Sequence record: SRR20825006_221
Length of the DNA: 58,524 nucleotides
Strand: one strand, 5' to 3'
The translations under genes and the position numbers were made by a program. Position 1 is the first letter of the stretch; every line of letters begins with the position of its first letter. The notes beneath the pieces are model-generated. The model did not search any database. It was not told the origin of the DNA and saw nothing but the letters and a program-made list of their open reading frames with translations. Below, piece by piece: positions 27,531 through 38,000 of this stretch.

Positions 27531-28619
27531 ATGGAAGAAATTTCACCCAAAAAATCTGAACTTAAAAAATCCTGTGTCAATTGTGGTGCAGCGCTTATTT
27601 ATGCGCCAGGAACAACCGATTTAAAGTGTGATTATTGCGGACATACGGAAACAATTGCTCCTTCTGAAGCTGGTTTTGAAGAACTAGAATTGAAGCCTTA
27701 TTTAGATAAAATGGGCTCGCAAAGCCACAGTGAAGAAATTACAATGCTTCATTGTAAAAATTGTGGTGCAAACCAACATATAGAAGAAAATTATAAATCA
27801 CTTTCCTGTATTTACTGCGGTTCACCATTAATAATTGAAGACGCCTACAAAGAAGAATGGATTTTACCAGGAGCTGTTTTGCCTTTTCAAATTGATCAGA
27901 AAAAAGCATTTCAAATTTTTAAAAAATGGGTTGATGGACTTTGGTTTGCACCAAACAATCTTAAAAAAGCAGCAATCGATCCCGAAAAAACCAGAGGATT
28001 ATACTCACCCTATTGGACTTTTGATGCCCAGCTTTATGCAGATTATACCGGGCAGCGTGGCGAATATTATTATGTTACAAAAACCGTTGGAAGTGGTAAA
28101 AACAAACGAACCGTTCAAGAAAGAAGAACGCGTTGGTATCCTGCATCTGGAACTATTTCAGGCTTTGTAGATGATACGTTAATTAAAGCGTCCAATCAAA
28201 AAACAGGTGTGATTCCTCAGAAAATAGCACGGTGGAATTTAAAAATACTAAAACCCTTTAACAGCGGATATTTATCTGGTTTTGTTACCGAAAAATATAC
28301 CATTCCGCTTTTAGAAAGCCACAATGAAAGCAATAAAATTGCAGAGCAGATTGCGCGCAGTTGGGCGTGTCGCGATATTGGCGGAGATACACAAAGCATT
28401 AGCTCTATAAACATGAAGCTTACTGATGAAACTTTTAAGCACATCTTGCTTCCGGTGTATATAAGCACATATAAATATAAAGGGAAACGCTATAACTTTT
28501 TTGTAAATGGACAAAGCGGAGTAATTTCAGGACAAAGGCCGTATTCATTCTGGAAAATATTTTTCTTCGTTTTAACTATAATCATACTAATTGGAGTGAT
28601 TTATTTATTTTCTTCATAA
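27531..28619 (+). CDS. Multi zinc-ribbon membrane-anchored protein (YdjG-like)
   Basis: CVNCG, CDYCG, CKNCG, CIYCG; YSPYWTFD, LLPVY, VNGQSG; C-terminal TM. Confidence 0.8.
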   Translation: MEEISPKKSELKKSCVNCGAALIYAPGTTDLKCDYCGHTETIAPSEAGFEELELKPYLDKMGSQSHSEEITMLHCKNCGANQHIEENYKSLSCIYCGSPLIIEDAYKEEWILPGAVLPFQIDQKKAFQIFKKWVDGLWFAPNNLKKAAIDPEKTRGLYSPYWTFDAQLYADYTGQRGEYYYVTKTVGSGKNKRTVQERRTRWYPASGTISGFVDDTLIKASNQKTGVIPQKIARWNLKILKPFNSGYLSGFVTEKYTIPLLESHNESNKIAEQIARSWACRDIGGDTQSISSINMKLTDETFKHILLPVYISTYKYKGKRYNFFVNGQSGVISGQRPYSFWKIFFFVLTIIILIGVIYLFSS

Positions 28620-29344
28620 TGAAAACAGTTGTAATCGGCGATATTCACGGGGGTTTTAGGGCTTTAAAGCAATTACTTGAATCTGCGGACCTTCCAAAGA
28701 AAACCAAATATATTTTTGTAGGCGATTATGTAGATGGATGGAGTGAATCTGCAGAAGTGATTTCGTATTTAATAGCTTTTTCAAAAAACAACAACTGTAT
28801 TTTCTTAAGAGGGAATCACGATGAATTACTATATAATTTTTTAAAATTTGGAGATAAAAATCCAGTTTGGTTAGAACATGGTGGTGAAACTAGCTTAAAA
28901 AGCTATGAAAAGCTTTCAGAGGAAGAAAAAGCAAAACACCTTCATTTTTTTGAAAATCTTCAAAATTATTACATCGATTCAAAAAATCGACTTTATTTGC
29001 ATGCTGGATTTACCAATCAACACGGGCCGCAAAATGAATTTTACGCCAACATGGTTTATTGGGATCGAACCCTTTGGGAAATGGCCTGCGCGTTAGACCC
29101 TACAATTTCAAAAGAAGAGGATACTTACCCAAAACGATTGAAGCTTTTTAAAGAAATTTTTATTGGTCACACGCCCGTAACCCGTGTGGGTTTTGATAAA
29201 CCTGCAAATTTCGCCAACGTTTGGAATGTAGATACGGGAGCGGCTTTTAAAGGAAAATTATCAATGCTGGATGTAGATACTAAAGAAATTTGGCAGAGCG
29301 AACCCTTATTTAAGCTTTATTCAAACGAAAAAGGAAGGAATTAA
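28619..29344 (+). CDS. PPP-family metallophosphoesterase (Ser/Thr phosphatase-like)
   Basis: GDIHG, GDYVDG, RGNHD, IGHTP, DTG. Confidence 0.9.
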   Translation: MKTVVIGDIHGGFRALKQLLESADLPKKTKYIFVGDYVDGWSESAEVISYLIAFSKNNNCIFLRGNHDELLYNFLKFGDKNPVWLEHGGETSLKSYEKLSEEEKAKHLHFFENLQNYYIDSKNRLYLHAGFTNQHGPQNEFYANMVYWDRTLWEMACALDPTISKEEDTYPKRLKLFKEIFIGHTPVTRVGFDKPANFANVWNVDTGAAFKGKLSMLDVDTKEIWQSEPLFKLYSNEKGRN

Positions 29345-29378
29345 TACTTCTTTATTACAAATTCAAATTTTCACTCAC

Positions 29379-29386
29379 TATCTTTG
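29379..29386 (+). promoter_or_regulatory. -7 element TATCTTTG for the desaturase
   Basis: Exact TAnnTTTG 21 nt upstream of ATG 29408. Confidence 0.6.
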
Positions 29387-29407
29387 TAATTCCTCTAAAT
29401 AAATACA

Positions 29408-30397
29408 ATGGCGCTTAAAAATATCAGACTAGAAGTAATGCAAACTGTTGAGAAAGAAATCGATAGTTATATTGACCAATACCTTATCCCTGTGGATGAA
29501 ATTTGGCAACCCACAGATCTTTTGCCCAATTTTCAAAAGGAAAATTATATGGATGAAGTTTTCCAACTTCGTGAAGAAGCAAAAGAACTAGGCTATGATT
29601 TCTGGATCGTTTTGGTAGGCGATATGGTTACCGAAGAAGCTTTACCAACCTATGAAAGTTGGTTGATGGATATGGAAGGTGTAGATCAGCACGGCCGAAA
29701 TGGTTGGAGCAAGTGGATTCGTCATTGGACGGGAGAGGAAAACCGTCATGGTGATGCATTAAATAAATATTTGTATTTATCTGGAAGGGTAAATATGAAA
29801 GAGGTTGAAAAAACTACACAACACCTAATAAATGATGGTTTTGAAGTAGGTACGGGTCGCGATCCGTACAGAAACTTTATTTATACAAGTTTTCAGGAGC
29901 TAGCAACAAATGTTTCACACAATCGCGTTGGAAAAATAGCGAAGAAAAAAGGCAATAAAATGCTTTCAAAAATGTGCAATATTATTGCAGGCGATGAAAT
30001 GCGTCACCATTTAGCATACCGCCAATTTGTAAAAACTATTTTTGAATACGACGCTAGCGAAATGATGATTGCATTTCAAGATATGATGCAGAAAAAAATT
30101 ATTATGCCTGCACAAAACCTGCGTCAAAGTGGTGGAAAAATGGCTTCAGCTTTTGATGATTTTAGTAATGCTGCACAGCGTTTGGGTGTTTACACTACGT
30201 ACGATTATATTGATATTCTAGAAAAATTGAATGCACATTGGGAGATTTCAAAAATTAGTGGCTTAACAGATGAAGCTGAAAAAGCACGTGATTACTTATT
30301 AAAATTACCTTCTAGAATGCTTCGTATAGCAGATAGAATAAAAATACCAGAAGACGCAAACCGTTTTAAATGGATTGAACCTAATGGGATAGTTTAA
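29408..30397 (+). CDS. Soluble acyl-ACP desaturase family (di-iron)
   Basis: TEEALPTY, WTGEENRHG, YTSFQELAT, AGDEMRH. Confidence 0.92.
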   Translation: MALKNIRLEVMQTVEKEIDSYIDQYLIPVDEIWQPTDLLPNFQKENYMDEVFQLREEAKELGYDFWIVLVGDMVTEEALPTYESWLMDMEGVDQHGRNGWSKWIRHWTGEENRHGDALNKYLYLSGRVNMKEVEKTTQHLINDGFEVGTGRDPYRNFIYTSFQELATNVSHNRVGKIAKKKGNKMLSKMCNIIAGDEMRHHLAYRQFVKTIFEYDASEMMIAFQDMMQKKIIMPAQNLRQSGGKMASAFDDFSNAAQRLGVYTTYDYIDILEKLNAHWEISKISGLTDEAEKARDYLLKLPSRMLRIADRIKIPEDANRFKWIEPNGIV

Positions 30398-30511
30398 TCC
30401 CCCTAGCCCCCGAAGGGGGGAATTCATATTGTTATAAATTAAAAACCTCAAAGGTCATATAGGCCTTTGAGGTTTTTAATTTTTGTTTCGCAATAGGGGG
30501 CTAGGGGGATT
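30396..30511. repeat. GC-rich REP-like element with 16-bp terminal inverted repeats
   Basis: AATCCCCCTAGCCCCC (30396-30411) / GGGGGCTAGGGGGATT (30496-30511); CCCCCGAAGGGGG hairpin in the left arm. Confidence 0.8.
30436..30482. terminator. Bidirectional intrinsic terminator between convergent genes
   Basis: Perfect 19-bp stem AAATTAAAAACCTCAAAGG / CCTTTGAGGTTTTTAATTT. Confidence 0.85.
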
Positions 30512-32065
30512 TTACAAATCAAACTTAATTCCCTGCGCTAAAGGTAATTCATCAGAGTAATTAACAGTATTTGTTTGTCTTCTCATGTATACTTTCCATG
30601 CATCAGATCCAGATTCGCGTCCGCCACCGGTTTCTTTTTCACCGCCAAATGCACCACCAATCTCTGCACCTGAAGTACCAATGTTTACATTAGCAATACC
30701 ACAATCTGACCCTGCAAATGATAAGAATTTTTCAGCTTCTTTCATTTCGTTTGTCATAATTGCACTAGATAAACCTTGAGCAACGCCGTTTTGCATATCG
30801 ATTGCATTTTCTACATCGCCACTGTATTTCATTAAGTATAAAATTGGAGCAAATGTTTCGTGTTGTACAATTTCAAAACTGTTTTCAGCTTCAATAATCG
30901 CTGGTTTTACGTAGCATCCACTTTCAAATCCTTTGCCTTCTAAAACGCCACCTTCAACAAGAACTTTTCCGCCTTCTGATTTTGCTTTTTCAATTGCATT
31001 TAAATAAGTGTCAACAGATTCTTTATCAATTAATGGTCCAACATGATTTTTTTCATCTAGCGGATTTCCAATAACGATTTGTTTGTAAGCACCTACAATT
31101 GCATCTCTTACTTTATCATAAACACTTTCGTGAATAATTAATCTTCTGGTTGAAGTACATCGTTGTCCACATGTTCCAACGGCACCAAATACTGCTCCTG
31201 GCACAACTACTTTTAGATCGGCTGTTGGTGTGATAATGATGGCGTTGTTTCCACCTAATTCTAGCAAAGATTTTCCAAAACGCTCTGCTACTTTTGCTCC
31301 AACAATACGGCCCATTCTTGTAGAACCTGTTGCTGAAATTAATGGAATTCTTGTATCTGTCGTCATCATTTCACCTACGGTATAATCTCCGTTGATGATA
31401 GAAGAAATTCCTTCTGGTAGATTATTTTCTTTTAAAACACCTGCAATTATGTTTTGACATGCTACGGTACATAAAGGAGCCTTTTCACTTCCTTTCCATA
31501 CACACACATCGCCACAAACCCAAGCTAATGCTGTATTCCAAGCCCAAACTGCAACTGGAAAATTAAATGCTGAAATAATTCCAACAATCCCTAGTGAATG
31601 CCATTGTTCACGCATTACATGGCCAGGACGCTCTGACGGAATAGTCTGCCCGTTTAACTGTCTTGAAAGTCCAACTGCGAAATCACAGATATCAATCATT
31701 TCTTGAACTTCGCCATAACCTTCTTGCAAGGATTTCCCCATTTCATATGAAACAAGTTTTCCTAAAGGCTCTTTTAATTCACGCAGCTTATTACCAAATT
31801 GACGCACAATCTCTCCACGTTGTGGGGCTGGCATAGCTCTAAAAGATAAAAATGCTTTTTGAGCAGCAGCGATTACCTGCTCGTATTCTTCTTTTGTAGT
31901 GGCTGTAACTTTACCAATTAATGCACCATCTACTGGAGAGTAAGAAGCAATTTCTTCGCCTCCTTGAAACCAGTTGTTTCCGGTAGAAGTTCCTTTATTA
32001 ATTGCTTTAATTCCTAATTGTTCCAATGCTTCTTCAATTCCGAAGGAAGTGGTTGTTGCTTGCAT
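30512..32065 (-). CDS. amaB: ALDH7-type aldehyde dehydrogenase (piperideine-6-carboxylate / aminoadipate semialdehyde dehydrogenase)
   Basis: SAFNFPVAV, LELGGNNA, GQRCTS, SGAEIGGAFGGEKETGGGRESGSD, PLAQGIKF. Confidence 0.85.
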   Translation of the reverse strand: MQATTTSFGIEEALEQLGIKAINKGTSTGNNWFQGGEEIASYSPVDGALIGKVTATTKEEYEQVIAAAQKAFLSFRAMPAPQRGEIVRQFGNKLRELKEPLGKLVSYEMGKSLQEGYGEVQEMIDICDFAVGLSRQLNGQTIPSERPGHVMREQWHSLGIVGIISAFNFPVAVWAWNTALAWVCGDVCVWKGSEKAPLCTVACQNIIAGVLKENNLPEGISSIINGDYTVGEMMTTDTRIPLISATGSTRMGRIVGAKVAERFGKSLLELGGNNAIIITPTADLKVVVPGAVFGAVGTCGQRCTSTRRLIIHESVYDKVRDAIVGAYKQIVIGNPLDEKNHVGPLIDKESVDTYLNAIEKAKSEGGKVLVEGGVLEGKGFESGCYVKPAIIEAENSFEIVQHETFAPILYLMKYSGDVENAIDMQNGVAQGLSSAIMTNEMKEAEKFLSFAGSDCGIANVNIGTSGAEIGGAFGGEKETGGGRESGSDAWKVYMRRQTNTVNYSDELPLAQGIKFDL

Positions 32066-32103
32066 ATATTTTGTGATTTTTTATTCAAAAATTGAGTGAA
32101 ACG

Positions 32104-32111
32104 CAAAGGTA
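32104..32111 (-). promoter_or_regulatory. -7 element TACCTTTG for the ALDH
   Basis: caaaggta on the plus strand, upstream of the 32065 start. Confidence 0.55.
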
Positions 32112-32165
32112 CACATTGCGTTTTAGAATGTAAAATGAAAAGATATCTGTTTGAAAAATATGTTT

Positions 32166-32702
32166 TTAGTCCTCTATGAATCGTGAGTCGGCCTCCATAA
32201 CTGTCCCGCAATTAGTGCAGGTGCGAAGTTCTTTACTGCCATAAAAATGCTTGAAATGTTTTAAGAAATCAGTTTCAATATTATTTAGGGGGAAGTAAAC
32301 GTCGTATAATTTATTGTTGCAATTGTCGCAAAACCACAAAAGACCATCTTTTCCTTCTAAATCAGTGCGTTTTCTTTCAATTACTAAACCTATAGAGCCT
32401 TCACTTCTACCTGGGGAATGTGGGACTTTTGCAGGGTGTAGGTACATATCTCCGGGACCTAGCTCCATAACTTTTTTTTCTCCATTTTCTTGAATAGCAA
32501 CTTGAATGTTTCCTTCTAATTGATAAAAAAGTTCTTCGGTTTCGTTATAATGATAATCCTTTCTAGCATTGGGACCAGCTACAATCATCACAATATAATC
32601 GTCAGATTCTACATATAAATTTTTGTTGCCAACTGGGGGTTTTAGTAAATCTCGGTTTTCTTTGATCCACTTATTAAGGTTGAAAGGTTTTTTAATAGCC
32701 AT
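32166..32702 (-). CDS. nbaC: 3-hydroxyanthranilate 3,4-dioxygenase
   Basis: LKPPVGN, GPNARKDYH..EELFYQ, PHSP, rubredoxin-like CDNC and CTNC. Confidence 0.95.
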   Translation of the reverse strand: MAIKKPFNLNKWIKENRDLLKPPVGNKNLYVESDDYIVMIVAGPNARKDYHYNETEELFYQLEGNIQVAIQENGEKKVMELGPGDMYLHPAKVPHSPGRSEGSIGLVIERKRTDLEGKDGLLWFCDNCNNKLYDVYFPLNNIETDFLKHFKHFYGSKELRTCTNCGTVMEADSRFIED

Positions 32703-32771
32703 AGCCGTATTTTTATAGAACAGTAAAAATACGGCAAAATGGCATAATAGAAAAGGGGAGTAAAATTAATG

Positions 32772-33281
32772 TTACTTTCTATAAAATATTTGGGTGAAAT
32801 AATATTTATCATTGCTGTCTTTTTTAACACCAAAGCCTGTGTGAGTATATCTTCCTTCAATTGCACCTCGATGTGAAGGACTCTTAAGCCATGCAGCCAC
32901 CACTTCTTCAGCAGAATTATATCTACTTGCTACATTTTCACTTACTGTTTCTGCACCTCCATAATATTTTACTCCTTCGGCGCGAAAACCAAAATTATCA
33001 TGGCTAATTTTTTCTTGTTCAATCATATATAGGGTATGATTCATAGCGTATGCTGTTGCATACTGAGTATCCATTTTTAATATAGGAAGGTCTATAGATG
33101 CTCTATGTTCATTTACCAGCTCCAAAATTTGAGAAGACATCTCATCATCGTTTTTTTGAGTCAATGCTAAATCAACTTTATAATTGGCAGCTTCACTTTC
33201 AGCTGAATTTTCTTTTGAACAAGAAATAAACAGAAGGCATAATAATGCAAATACGGGGATGTTGTTTCTAAGTAGGTTCAT
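32772..33281 (-). CDS. CAP (SCP) domain lipoprotein
   Basis: Lipobox FISC, VNEHR, ENVA, WLKSPSHR, YYFTQIF. Confidence 0.9.
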   Translation of the reverse strand: MNLLRNNIPVFALLCLLFISCSKENSAESEAANYKVDLALTQKNDDEMSSQILELVNEHRASIDLPILKMDTQYATAYAMNHTLYMIEQEKISHDNFGFRAEGVKYYGGAETVSENVASRYNSAEEVVAAWLKSPSHRGAIEGRYTHTGFGVKKDSNDKYYFTQIFYRK

Positions 33282-33483
33282 AACTTTGGATTATAAATTT
33301 TAATACTTTTTGTTGTTTCAAATGTATATAAAAATATAACGCAAAACGCACTTTATCGAAAAAATGATACACTTAATCGGATTTATTGCACTTTTTTAAA
33401 ATGATGAATTTTTAAAAATAATATGTTAAGTACCATAAACAGAGCCTTTTTAATGTATATTGTGCTAAAATTTAAATACTACC

Positions 33484-34548
33484 ATGATTAAAACTTTAAC
33501 ATATTTTTGTGTGTTTTTTTTGCTTTTTGGATGTAAAAACAATGAAAATCAACACGATAGAAACGAAAATTCTTCCCAAAAAACGCTAAATGAAGAGAAA
33601 AACTTCGGAATTGTGATTCATGGAGGTGCTGGAACTATTCTTAAAAAGAACATGAATGACTCCCTCGAAACTGCTTATAAAACTAAATTGAAAGAAGCCA
33701 TTTCTGTGGGTTATGAAATTTTGAAAAATGGAGGTACTTCCTTGGAAGCTGTTACACATACTATTAATGTATTGGAAGATTCCCCACTTTTTAACTCTGG
33801 AAAGGGGGCTGTTTTCACACATGAAGGTTCAAACGAGCTTGATGCTTCTATAATGGATGGTAAAACATTGAATGCAGGTGCGGTTGCTGGGGTAAAACAT
33901 ATAAAAAACCCAATAAATCTTGCTTTTGATGTAATGGAAAAAAGTGAGCATGTGATGCTTTATGGGTCTGGCGCGGAAGAATTTGCACAAACTTTGGGCT
34001 ATAAAATGATGGATACTTCTTATTTCTACACCCAAAACAGGTATGAATCCTTGCAGAAAGTGCTAATAAAAGAAAATAATAATACCAATGAACAAGTTTC
34101 ATTTGAAGATTCATTTATTAAAAACTCAAAATTTGGAACCGTTGGTTGTGCTGCTTTAGATAAACATGGCAACCTCGCCGCTGGTACTTCAACAGGTGGA
34201 ATGACCAACAAACGCTGGAATCGTATTGGCGATTCGCCAATTATTGGAGCTGGTACTTATGCAAATAATGCTACTTGCGCTGTATCAGCAACGGGTTGGG
34301 GAGAATATTTTATTCGGTCTGTTGTTGCCTATGATATTTCAGCATTAATGGAATATAAAGGATTGAGTCTTCAAGAAGCGGCTAAAGAAGTTATTCAGAG
34401 AAAAGTACCCGCATTGGGTGGCGATGGTGGAATTGTGGCAATAGATAAAGATGGAAACGTTGCAATGGAGTTTAACACCGCGGGAATGTATCGGGCAACG
34501 ATGAATGCAAAAGGAGAATTAATTATTAAAATTTATAAAGACGAATAA
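33484..34548 (+). CDS. iaaA: Isoaspartyl peptidase / L-asparaginase (Ntn hydrolase), lipoprotein
   Basis: IHGGAG, ELDASIMDG, GTVG autocleavage site, TSTGG, RIGDSPIIGAG. Confidence 0.92.
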   Translation: MIKTLTYFCVFFLLFGCKNNENQHDRNENSSQKTLNEEKNFGIVIHGGAGTILKKNMNDSLETAYKTKLKEAISVGYEILKNGGTSLEAVTHTINVLEDSPLFNSGKGAVFTHEGSNELDASIMDGKTLNAGAVAGVKHIKNPINLAFDVMEKSEHVMLYGSGAEEFAQTLGYKMMDTSYFYTQNRYESLQKVLIKENNNTNEQVSFEDSFIKNSKFGTVGCAALDKHGNLAAGTSTGGMTNKRWNRIGDSPIIGAGTYANNATCAVSATGWGEYFIRSVVAYDISALMEYKGLSLQEAAKEVIQRKVPALGGDGGIVAIDKDGNVAMEFNTAGMYRATMNAKGELIIKIYKDE

Positions 34549-34848
34549 ATGGAACCTTATTATGCAGTAGTTTTTACTTCTATTCAAACTGAAAATGTTG
34601 ATGGTTATTCTGAAATGGCAACTTTAATGGAAACTTTGGCGAATAAACAACCTGGTTTTTTGGGCATTGAGAGTGCCCGTAATGAAATTGGGATTACAGT
34701 TAGTTATTGGCAAAATTTAGAGAGTATTAAAAATTGGAAAACAAATCTAGATCATTTAGTAGCGCAGAAAAAAGGTAGAGAGCAATGGTACTCCTATTAT
34801 AAGGTTCGGATTTGTAAAGTGGAAAGGGAATATGAGTTTACACCATAA
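34549..34848 (+). CDS. Antibiotic biosynthesis monooxygenase (ABM) family
   Basis: YYAVVFTS, QPGFLG, ITVSYW, H..AQ..GR..WY. Confidence 0.85.
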   Translation: MEPYYAVVFTSIQTENVDGYSEMATLMETLANKQPGFLGIESARNEIGITVSYWQNLESIKNWKTNLDHLVAQKKGREQWYSYYKVRICKVEREYEFTP

Positions 34849-35046
34849 AAGAGTGTGTGTTTTTGATTAACTGTTAATTCCATCCTAAATGTTAAAATTG
34901 TAAATACGATTTTTTTGAAAATTTCCGTTTAAAATTAAACCACCCTCCCAAAAACTGTTTAAGATCTTTTTTCAAACAAAACAAATTGGTTTTGCTTTGT
35001 AGGCCAATCTATTTCCTTAATTTTAAATACTTTTTAACCATCGCTT

Positions 35047-38000
35047 ATGAAAACTGCACTTCAGCTTGCTTCTGTACTTTTGCTTTTTTTTGTTTTTTCA
35101 TGTAAAGACAAGCCTTCAGAAACCGATAACCTTTTTAAATACAAGGATTTTATTTCGTATAACACTTACGGAAACCAATCCATCACTACAGCCATTCGGG
35201 TGGAGTTTACAAAACCATTAGCACAGTTTGAGCTTACTCAAGTGCTTTCGCCTGATACGTATTTAACAATTTCACCAAAAGCGGAAGGCAAATTGGTTAT
35301 TGAAAACGGAAAAACCCTCATTTTTCAACCTTCAGAATATTTAAAAGCTGACACAGAATATACAGTAACCGTAAAGCTTAACAAGTTTTACGAAACTATT
35401 TCAAATGAATTTAAGACTTATACTTTTAGCTTTCATACCATCACACCAAATTTTAAAGTTGCTATAGGCAATCTTCAAAGTTATACCAAGCAATGGCAAT
35501 ATGTTGAAGCATCGGTGGAAGCATCAGACGTTATTACTTTAGAAAAAGCAAAGCAACTGGTTTCTGCTTCCCAAAGTGGTAAAAACCTAAAATTAAAATG
35601 GGCTTTAGAAGCTACAGATGCAAAATATTTCAACTTTACAATTGATAGTATTAACAGAAAAATTGAAGATTCTGAAGTTCTTATTAAATGGGACGGAAAA
35701 GCAATTGGGGCAGAAAACAAAGGCGAGAATACATTTAAAATTCCGGGGCAAAATAATTTCACAATCGTTGAAATTGAAAGTACTTCGGCTCCCAATGCTC
35801 TTTTGAGTATTAATTTTTCAGACCCGTTATTAGAAAACCAAGATTTTGCTGGGTTGGTTACTATTGAAAACACACAGAATTTACGATACGAAGTAAACGG
35901 AAACGTGCTAAATGTTTACCCGCCAAATCGTGTTGTTGGGAATGTAAAGGTTACAGTTTTTAAAGGAATTAAAAATTCGGAAGGCTTCCGTTTAAAAAAT
36001 GAATTTTCAGAATTGGTTTCTTTTGAACAATTGAAACCCGCCATTCGGATGATTTCTAAAGGGGTAATTCTTCCAAATTCTTCAACGACACCTGTTTATT
36101 TTGAAGCGGTAAATCTTTCAAAAGTTGATATTCGGATTATAAAAATTTATGAAAGTAACGTTTTGCAGTTTCTACAAAGTTATAGTCTAAACGATAATTA
36201 CACCTACGATATAAAACGTGTAGGAAGAAGAATTGCTAAAAAAACCATCACGCTTGAAAATGATAATTTAAACAGTAACGGAAGTTGGAAGGCATATGCC
36301 ATTAACCTTTCGGAGTATTTTAACGCAGATCCTGGAGCTATTTATCAACTAGAAATTAGTTTTAAAAAGGACTACATTACCTATGATTGTGAAGAAGTTG
36401 TATCGGAAGAAGAAAATACAGATGAAGACGAATATTATGATGATTATTATGAAGAAAACTCCTATTATTCCACCGATTCTTCTGAAGATGAAGAAATTCG
36501 TGAAGAACAATATTGGGATAATGAAATTTATCGTTGGAGAAATTTCACATACAATTGGGAGCAACAGGACAATCCTTGTCATCCCTCATATTACAATGAA
36601 GACCGTATAGTTAAAGCAAATATTTTAGGCTCAGATTTGGGTTTAATTGTTAAAAAAAGCAACAATCAGGCCTATCATTTTGCAACCACAAATTTAATTA
36701 CAGCAAAACCGGAAAGTGGTGTAAAAATCAAGCTTTTCAATTTTCAACAACAACTTATTGAAACCGTTACTACCGAAAGTGATGGCATGACGCTTTATGA
36801 TGGCAACAAAAATGCAGCCTTTGCTGTCGCTCAAAAAGGAAATAATTTTGCTTATGTAAAGCTGGAAGATGGCAACGCACTTTCAATGAGTAATTTTGAT
36901 ATTTCTGGGAAAAAACTTCAAAAAGGATTAAAAGGATATACTTATACTGAGCGAGGTGTTTATCGTCCTGGCGATAGTATTCACCTTACTTTTGTGCTAA
37001 ACGACAACGCAAATCCGCTTCCTAAAAACCATCCAATTTCACTTTCAGTAACCGATGCACGTGGAAAATTAGTGCAACGAACGGTTTTAAATACAAACAA
37101 CTCTTCTTCTAGAGCAACAGGGCTAGAATCCTTTTATTATTTTCCAATTGCAACCGATGCTATGGCACCAACAGGAAACTGGAACGCAACCATTACTGTT
37201 GGCGGCGCACAGTTTAGCCATACTCTAAAAGTGGCTACAATTAAACCCAATAGATTAAAAATAAAACTTGATTTTGATGATGAAATTCTAGACGCAACAA
37301 AACCAATAAAAGGAACGGCTAGTGCTATGTGGCTGCATGGATCGCCTGCGCGAAGTTTAAAAATAGATATGACGGCTACACTTCGAGCGAGCAATACTGC
37401 CTTCCCTAAATATCCAAAATATAATTTTATTGATCCAATCAGGAATTTTTCTGAAATAGAAATACCTGTTTTAGACTCTCAACTTTCTTCGGAAGGCAGC
37501 ACTTCTTTTAACCAAAATCTTGAAGTTGGAAAGCATGCTCCTGGAATGTTGAAAGCCACATTCTTAACCAAAGTTTATGAAGGAGGCGGTGATTTTTCAA
37601 TGGATATTTTTTCAAAAGATTTGGCGCCATTTTCGCATTTTGTTGGCTTAAAATCACCTGAAGCTGGACGTTATGGCTCCTATTTTACAGATGAAAACAC
37701 CACTTTTGATGTAGTTTCAGTTAATGCCCAAGGAAAACCAGTTGCCAGCAGAGAGCTAGAAGTAAAAGTTTTTCAAGTTGAATGGCGTTGGTGGTGGAGC
37801 CGTGGTTCCGATAATCTTTCAACCTATGAAAATTCAACCGTGCACCGTCCTGTGAAAGAATTCAACATAAAAACTGATGGCAGCGGGAAAGGAAAATTTA
37901 CGGTAAATATTTCCGATGAAGACGGTGGGCGTTATTTAATTCGTGTAATTGACAAACAATCTGGTCATGCCACAGGGCGCGTTACCTATTTTTACAGAAA

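Noticed and set aside
27531-28619. PriA / helicase label often given to this family
   Set aside because: No Walker or helicase motifs; only Zn ribbons and a C-terminal TM.
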